From Thermodesulfobacteriota bacterium (lineage in GTDB: Bacteria; Desulfobacterota_D; UBA1144; Nemesobacterales; JAJCZQ01), in contig CBDBDR010000017.1 of the NCBI GenBank assembly GCA_965203965.1, positions 960,001 through 1,024,000 of the forward strand: a DNA stretch of 64,000 nucleotides. The letters are read 5' to 3'. Under the pieces are notes generated by a model. It did not search any database, had not been told where the DNA came from, and saw only the letters and a program-made list of their open reading frames with translations. The translations under genes and the position numbers were made by a program. Of this stretch, positions 60,561-64,000 are shown in pieces (positions within the stretch are counted from its first letter, which is position 1; each line of letters opens with the position of its first letter).

Positions 60561-61343
60561 ATGGCAAAGAAAAATTTTGAAGATCTTATAAAACTGGCAA
60601 AACATCTACGTGGAACTGAAGGCTGTCCATGGGATAGGGAACAGAATCTGTCGTCCATAAAAAGCTATATCATTGAAGAGGCGTATGAAGTAGTTCAAGC
60701 AATAGAGTCAGGTAACAAGGATGAAATGATTGAAGAGCTTGGGGATCTGTTATTTCAGGTGGTGTTTGCCTCTCAAATTGCAGAGGATGAAGGAAATTTT
60801 AAGATTGATGAAGTTATTGATCGGCTCCACAACAAACTGGTCAGGCGTCACCCACATGTGTTTGGTGAGGAAAGAGCAAAGGATGCCGAAGAAGCAATCA
60901 AAATGTGGCACAAGCAAAAATTGAAAGAAAAGAAAAACAAGAACAATCTGCTGGACGTGCCAAAGTCCATGCCGGCACTGTTGAGATCACAAAGAGTAGG
61001 GGAGAAAGCATCCCAGGTCGGATTTGATTGGAGTAATATTTGTGAGGTATTAGACAAAATAAAAGAAGAAGTTGCGGAAATTGAAGAAGAGTTAAAGAAA
61101 AACGACAAGCAAAAACTGGAAAAAGAATGGGGGGATCTTTTATTTGCCACCGTTAATCTGGCTCGCCATTTGAAAATTGATAGTGAATCCGCGGCGCACA
61201 GATCAGTAGAGAAATTTACAGAACGGTTTGAAAAAGTGAAAAACAAAGCAAAGCAAAAAGGAAAAACACTGATAGATATATCCCCCGGTGAAATGGATGA
61301 ATTTTGGGAAGATGTGAAAAGCAAGGAAGTAAATAATCCTTAG
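60561..61343 (+). CDS. mazG: Nucleoside triphosphate pyrophosphohydrolase
   Basis: GCPWDREQ, EEAYE, EELGDLL, RRHPHVF, GFDW. Confidence 0.96.
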   Translation: MAKKNFEDLIKLAKHLRGTEGCPWDREQNLSSIKSYIIEEAYEVVQAIESGNKDEMIEELGDLLFQVVFASQIAEDEGNFKIDEVIDRLHNKLVRRHPHVFGEERAKDAEEAIKMWHKQKLKEKKNKNNLLDVPKSMPALLRSQRVGEKASQVGFDWSNICEVLDKIKEEVAEIEEELKKNDKQKLEKEWGDLLFATVNLARHLKIDSESAAHRSVEKFTERFEKVKNKAKQKGKTLIDISPGEMDEFWEDVKSKEVNNP

Positions 61344-61362
61344 CGCAAGGAGCGTAATACTA
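61305..61362 (+). repeat. 58-bp direct repeat, copy 1 (mazG 3' end and downstream bases)
   Basis: TGGGAAGATGTGAAAAGCAAGGAAGTAAATAATCCTTAGCGCAAGGAGCGTAATACTA. Confidence 0.9.
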
Positions 61363-61592
61363 AAAAATACAACAAGTGATGTCTATAATAAAAGTCAAAA
61401 AATATTTCGATACTTTTTATATCACATTATATGAAGTTTCTAAATATTCTTGTTTAAGTGATTGGACAATTAATTTTCACAATATGTTAAAATATAAATT
61501 ATTGGTCACCCAAAATGGAAACCTAGCTCAAAAGAATAGGTTTAATGTATTAGAACACCTAATAGAGAGAATAGAATAACAGGTCAGTTAAA

Positions 61593-63227
61593 TTGAGAAT
61601 CAATACCAAAGATGAACCTTTAAGAGATATTCTAAGCAGTCGTAAGAAATATTTCGTCCCTAAATTTCAGAGAGACTATTCTTGGGAAAGCGAACAGTTA
61701 GAAGATTTATGGCATGATATTTATATTATGAAAGAAGATGATTATCACTACATGGGGTATTTGGTCATTCAAGAACAGGACAGAAATACTTTTAAAATTA
61801 TTGATGGCCAACAAAGACTGACGACTTTTTCATTAATGATTTTAGCTGCTATGAAAAAATTAAAAAAAGAGAATGAACAAGAACGGCAAAAAGAATTGTA
61901 TCGCGATTTCATTGGAACAAAGAACATTGAAACATTAGAAGTTGAAAACAAATTAAAACTCAATAAAAACAACGATTATTACTATGGGGAAGCTGCTGAA
62001 GGTAGAGATTTGCCTACAAGGGGGCAAAAAAGAACTGTTCATTTGATGGAAAAAAGTATAACTTACTTTTATGATCAATTCCAGTCTATGAACGCAAAAG
62101 AAATAGCAAAATTAATAGAAAAAATAAGTAGTAATCTGCTTTTTACGACCATTTACATCAGTGATGAAATCAGTGCTTATAAAGTTTTTGAAACACTTAA
62201 TTCTAGAGGAGTACAACTTTCTTCTGGAGACTTGATCAAGAATTATCTCTTTACAATCATAGATGAAAACAATACTGCCCCAGGCAATGTTATTGATAAA
62301 ATAGAAGAAAGATGGGCAAAAATAGGCGATGATATAGGAGATAAAAGTTATACCAATTATATCCTAGACGAGTGGAACAGTCGCAATGAACTCATCCGTA
62401 AAAGTGCGCTTTTTAGAGAGATCCGCAAGAAAATAAACACAAAGCAAAAAGCCGATAATTATTTGATTAAACTAACTGAATATAGCCAATTGTATAATGC
62501 TCTTAATAATAATGAAGATGAATTTTGGAAGGATCACAAAGATTATCTTGAAATAAAAAAGGACTTACATTTTCTTAAACTTTTTAATATAAAGCAACCG
62601 ACAAGCCTGTTGTTGATTAGTTACATCAAGTGGAGAGAAAAATTTTCTCAAATATTGAAGTGGATTAAAGTGCTTTCTTTGCGCTACAATGTGATTTGTA
62701 GAGAACACACGGGTGAACAGGAAATACTGTACAATAAAATTTGTTTGATGATATACAAAGATTGTAATGTCCAAAAAATTAAAGAAAAAATGTTATCTAT
62801 TTATCCTAAAGATGAAAAATTTAAGTTGGATTTTGCCGAAAAAACAATGCCTACAAAGCAAAGTAACAAAAAAGCTCGTTATCTTTTAGCAAGATTAGAA
62901 GAAGAAAAAATCAAAGGGAGTATTGATGAAACAAGCCAAACTATAGAACATATTCTTCCATTAAATCCTAAAGGTAATTGGGCTGATTTTAAAGATTTGT
63001 CATTATTTAATCAACGATTAGGAAATATGGCATTAGTGGACGAGAAAACCAATAAAAACTTGGCACAAAAAACATTCGAAGAAAAAAGGGAAATTTTAAA
63101 CAAAAAAGATTCTATTAATAACATTAGCGATTATAATGAATGGAACTTTAAATCCATAGAATCAAGACAAAAAACAATGGCTAAGTTAGCCTCTCAATTA
63201 TGGAGAATAGATAATCAAAATCACTAA
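61593..63227 (+). CDS. GmrSD-like type IV restriction protein (DUF262 + DUF1524/HNH)
   Basis: PKFQRDYSW, IDGQQRLTT, FETLNSRG, EHILP...RLGNMAL...N. Confidence 0.9.
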   Translation: MRINTKDEPLRDILSSRKKYFVPKFQRDYSWESEQLEDLWHDIYIMKEDDYHYMGYLVIQEQDRNTFKIIDGQQRLTTFSLMILAAMKKLKKENEQERQKELYRDFIGTKNIETLEVENKLKLNKNNDYYYGEAAEGRDLPTRGQKRTVHLMEKSITYFYDQFQSMNAKEIAKLIEKISSNLLFTTIYISDEISAYKVFETLNSRGVQLSSGDLIKNYLFTIIDENNTAPGNVIDKIEERWAKIGDDIGDKSYTNYILDEWNSRNELIRKSALFREIRKKINTKQKADNYLIKLTEYSQLYNALNNNEDEFWKDHKDYLEIKKDLHFLKLFNIKQPTSLLLISYIKWREKFSQILKWIKVLSLRYNVICREHTGEQEILYNKICLMIYKDCNVQKIKEKMLSIYPKDEKFKLDFAEKTMPTKQSNKKARYLLARLEEEKIKGSIDETSQTIEHILPLNPKGNWADFKDLSLFNQRLGNMALVDEKTNKNLAQKTFEEKREILNKKDSINNISDYNEWNFKSIESRQKTMAKLASQLWRIDNQNH

Positions 63228-63238
63228 GGGAGTTTTTC

Positions 63239-63296
63239 TGGGAAGATGTAAAAAGCAAGGAAGTAAATAATCCTTAGTGCAATGAGCGTAATATTA
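63239..63296 (+). repeat. 58-bp direct repeat, copy 2
   Basis: TGGGAAGATGTAAAAAGCAAGGAAGTAAATAATCCTTAGTGCAATGAGCGTAATATTA; 4 mismatches versus copy 1. Confidence 0.9.
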
Positions 63297-63419
63297 TTTG
63301 AGTGGATGTTCAAAAATCAAAAAAACCATCTCAACAAAGTATGAGTATGACCCAAGTTGACTGAAGTATAAATAATAGCTTTGACAAATTAGTTGGAATG
63401 AACAAGTTTTAATAAAGTG

Positions 63420-64000
63420 ATGAAATATCAAATAGTAAATGGAAATTGTTTAAATGTATTTGCCGATTTAAAAAAGAACATCAAAAAAATTGATTTAACA
63501 TTCTTAGATCCTCCATTCAATCAACAAAAGAACTATAGACTTCACAACGACAATATGAATGAAAAAGAGTATTGGCAAATGATGAAATCTGTGTGTCTTC
63601 AAATATTTCAAATTACAAGTGAAGGCGGAGCCATCTACTTCATGCAGAGAGAAAAAAATACGGAATTTGTTTTAAATACACTTAGGGAAACTGGTTGGTC
63701 ATTTCAAAATCTTATTATTTGGAAGAAGAAGACTTCTGCCGTCCCTGTTCCAAATAAATTCGGCAAGCAGTATCAAGTTATTGGTTATGCCACTAAAGGC
63801 AACAAAGCACGAGTGTTCAATCGCTTGAGAATAAATCCTGAATTACCTTCAACATATAAGTATAAGAGAGAAAATGGAATATTTATAACAGATGTGTGGG
63901 ATGATATAAGGGAGCTTACTTCGGGTTTCTTCGCAGGGAATGAAGCCATACGTCACAAAAACGGCGAACGTTTCCATAAACAACAATCTCCCATTGCGTT
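63420..64000 (+). CDS. Beta-class DNA methyltransferase, 3'-truncated by the window edge (not in the ORF track)
   Basis: Hand translation MKYQIVNGNCL...IDLTFLDPPFN...QNLIIWKKK...TDVWDDI...FHKQQSP. Confidence 0.88.
   Translation, partial: MKYQIVNGNCLNVFADLKKNIKKIDLTFLDPPFNQQKNYRLHNDNMNEKEYWQMMKSVCLQIFQITSEGGAIYFMQREKNTEFVLNTLRETGWSFQNLIIWKKKTSAVPVPNKFGKQYQVIGYATKGNKARVFNRLRINPELPSTYKYKRENGIFITDVWDDIRELTSGFFAGNEAIRHKNGERFHKQQSPIA

Noticed and set aside
1173..61324. Many 60-160-aa ORFs antisense to or nested in recognised genes (e.g. 1173..1601, 4746..5219, 20164..20628, 44674..45108, 60848..61324)
   Set aside because: Antisense shadows of well-supported genes, with no motifs of their own.
61376..61579. 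67-aa ORF between mazG and GmrSD
   Set aside because: AT-rich, with no SD or motif; could be a fragment but is unsupported.
61305..63296. Direct repeats considered as a CRISPR array or integron attC sites
   Set aside because: Only two 58-bp copies 1.9 kb apart, derived from mazG coding sequence; no cas or intI gene and no RYYYAAC/GTTRRRY ends.

Overview
Low-GC bacterial chromosomal window made mostly of housekeeping genes: rpmH-rnpA-yidD-yidC-jag, oadGAB Na+ pump, miaB, purEK/purC, fbp, split nuoE/nuoF, glnD, nadBCA, ispE, argJ, recO, mgtE, futalosine-pathway menaquinone genes, mazG and one tRNA-Ala(CGC). The gene mix (Na+ bioenergetics, mqn genes, F420-type enzymes) suggests a marine deltaproteobacteria-like lineage such as Ca. 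Dadabacteria; this is a weak inference. Small accessory inserts are scattered through the backbone, with no integrase or transposase in view. They include five restriction/modification-type loci: an MTase + HNH pair behind the tRNA, a RadC-N-terminus/MTase fusion with a partner nuclease, a collapsed HinP1I-like/MTase chimera, a GmrSD gene bracketed by a 58-bp duplication of the mazG 3' end, and a further MTase at the window edge. There is also a GC-richer block with histidine decarboxylase, an LLM oxidoreductase and a fluoroacetate dehalogenase. The most striking region is a 1.6-kb insert in the mqn cluster, where two inverted REP-like elements enclose a MuF/PBECR-like RNase fragment followed by a structured RNA with its own convergent promoter. 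The fxsA-argJ gap also holds an anti-SD sRNA candidate and orphan tandem NrdR boxes, and two genes appear to start at AUA. All family calls come from motif recognition by eye; no searches were run.
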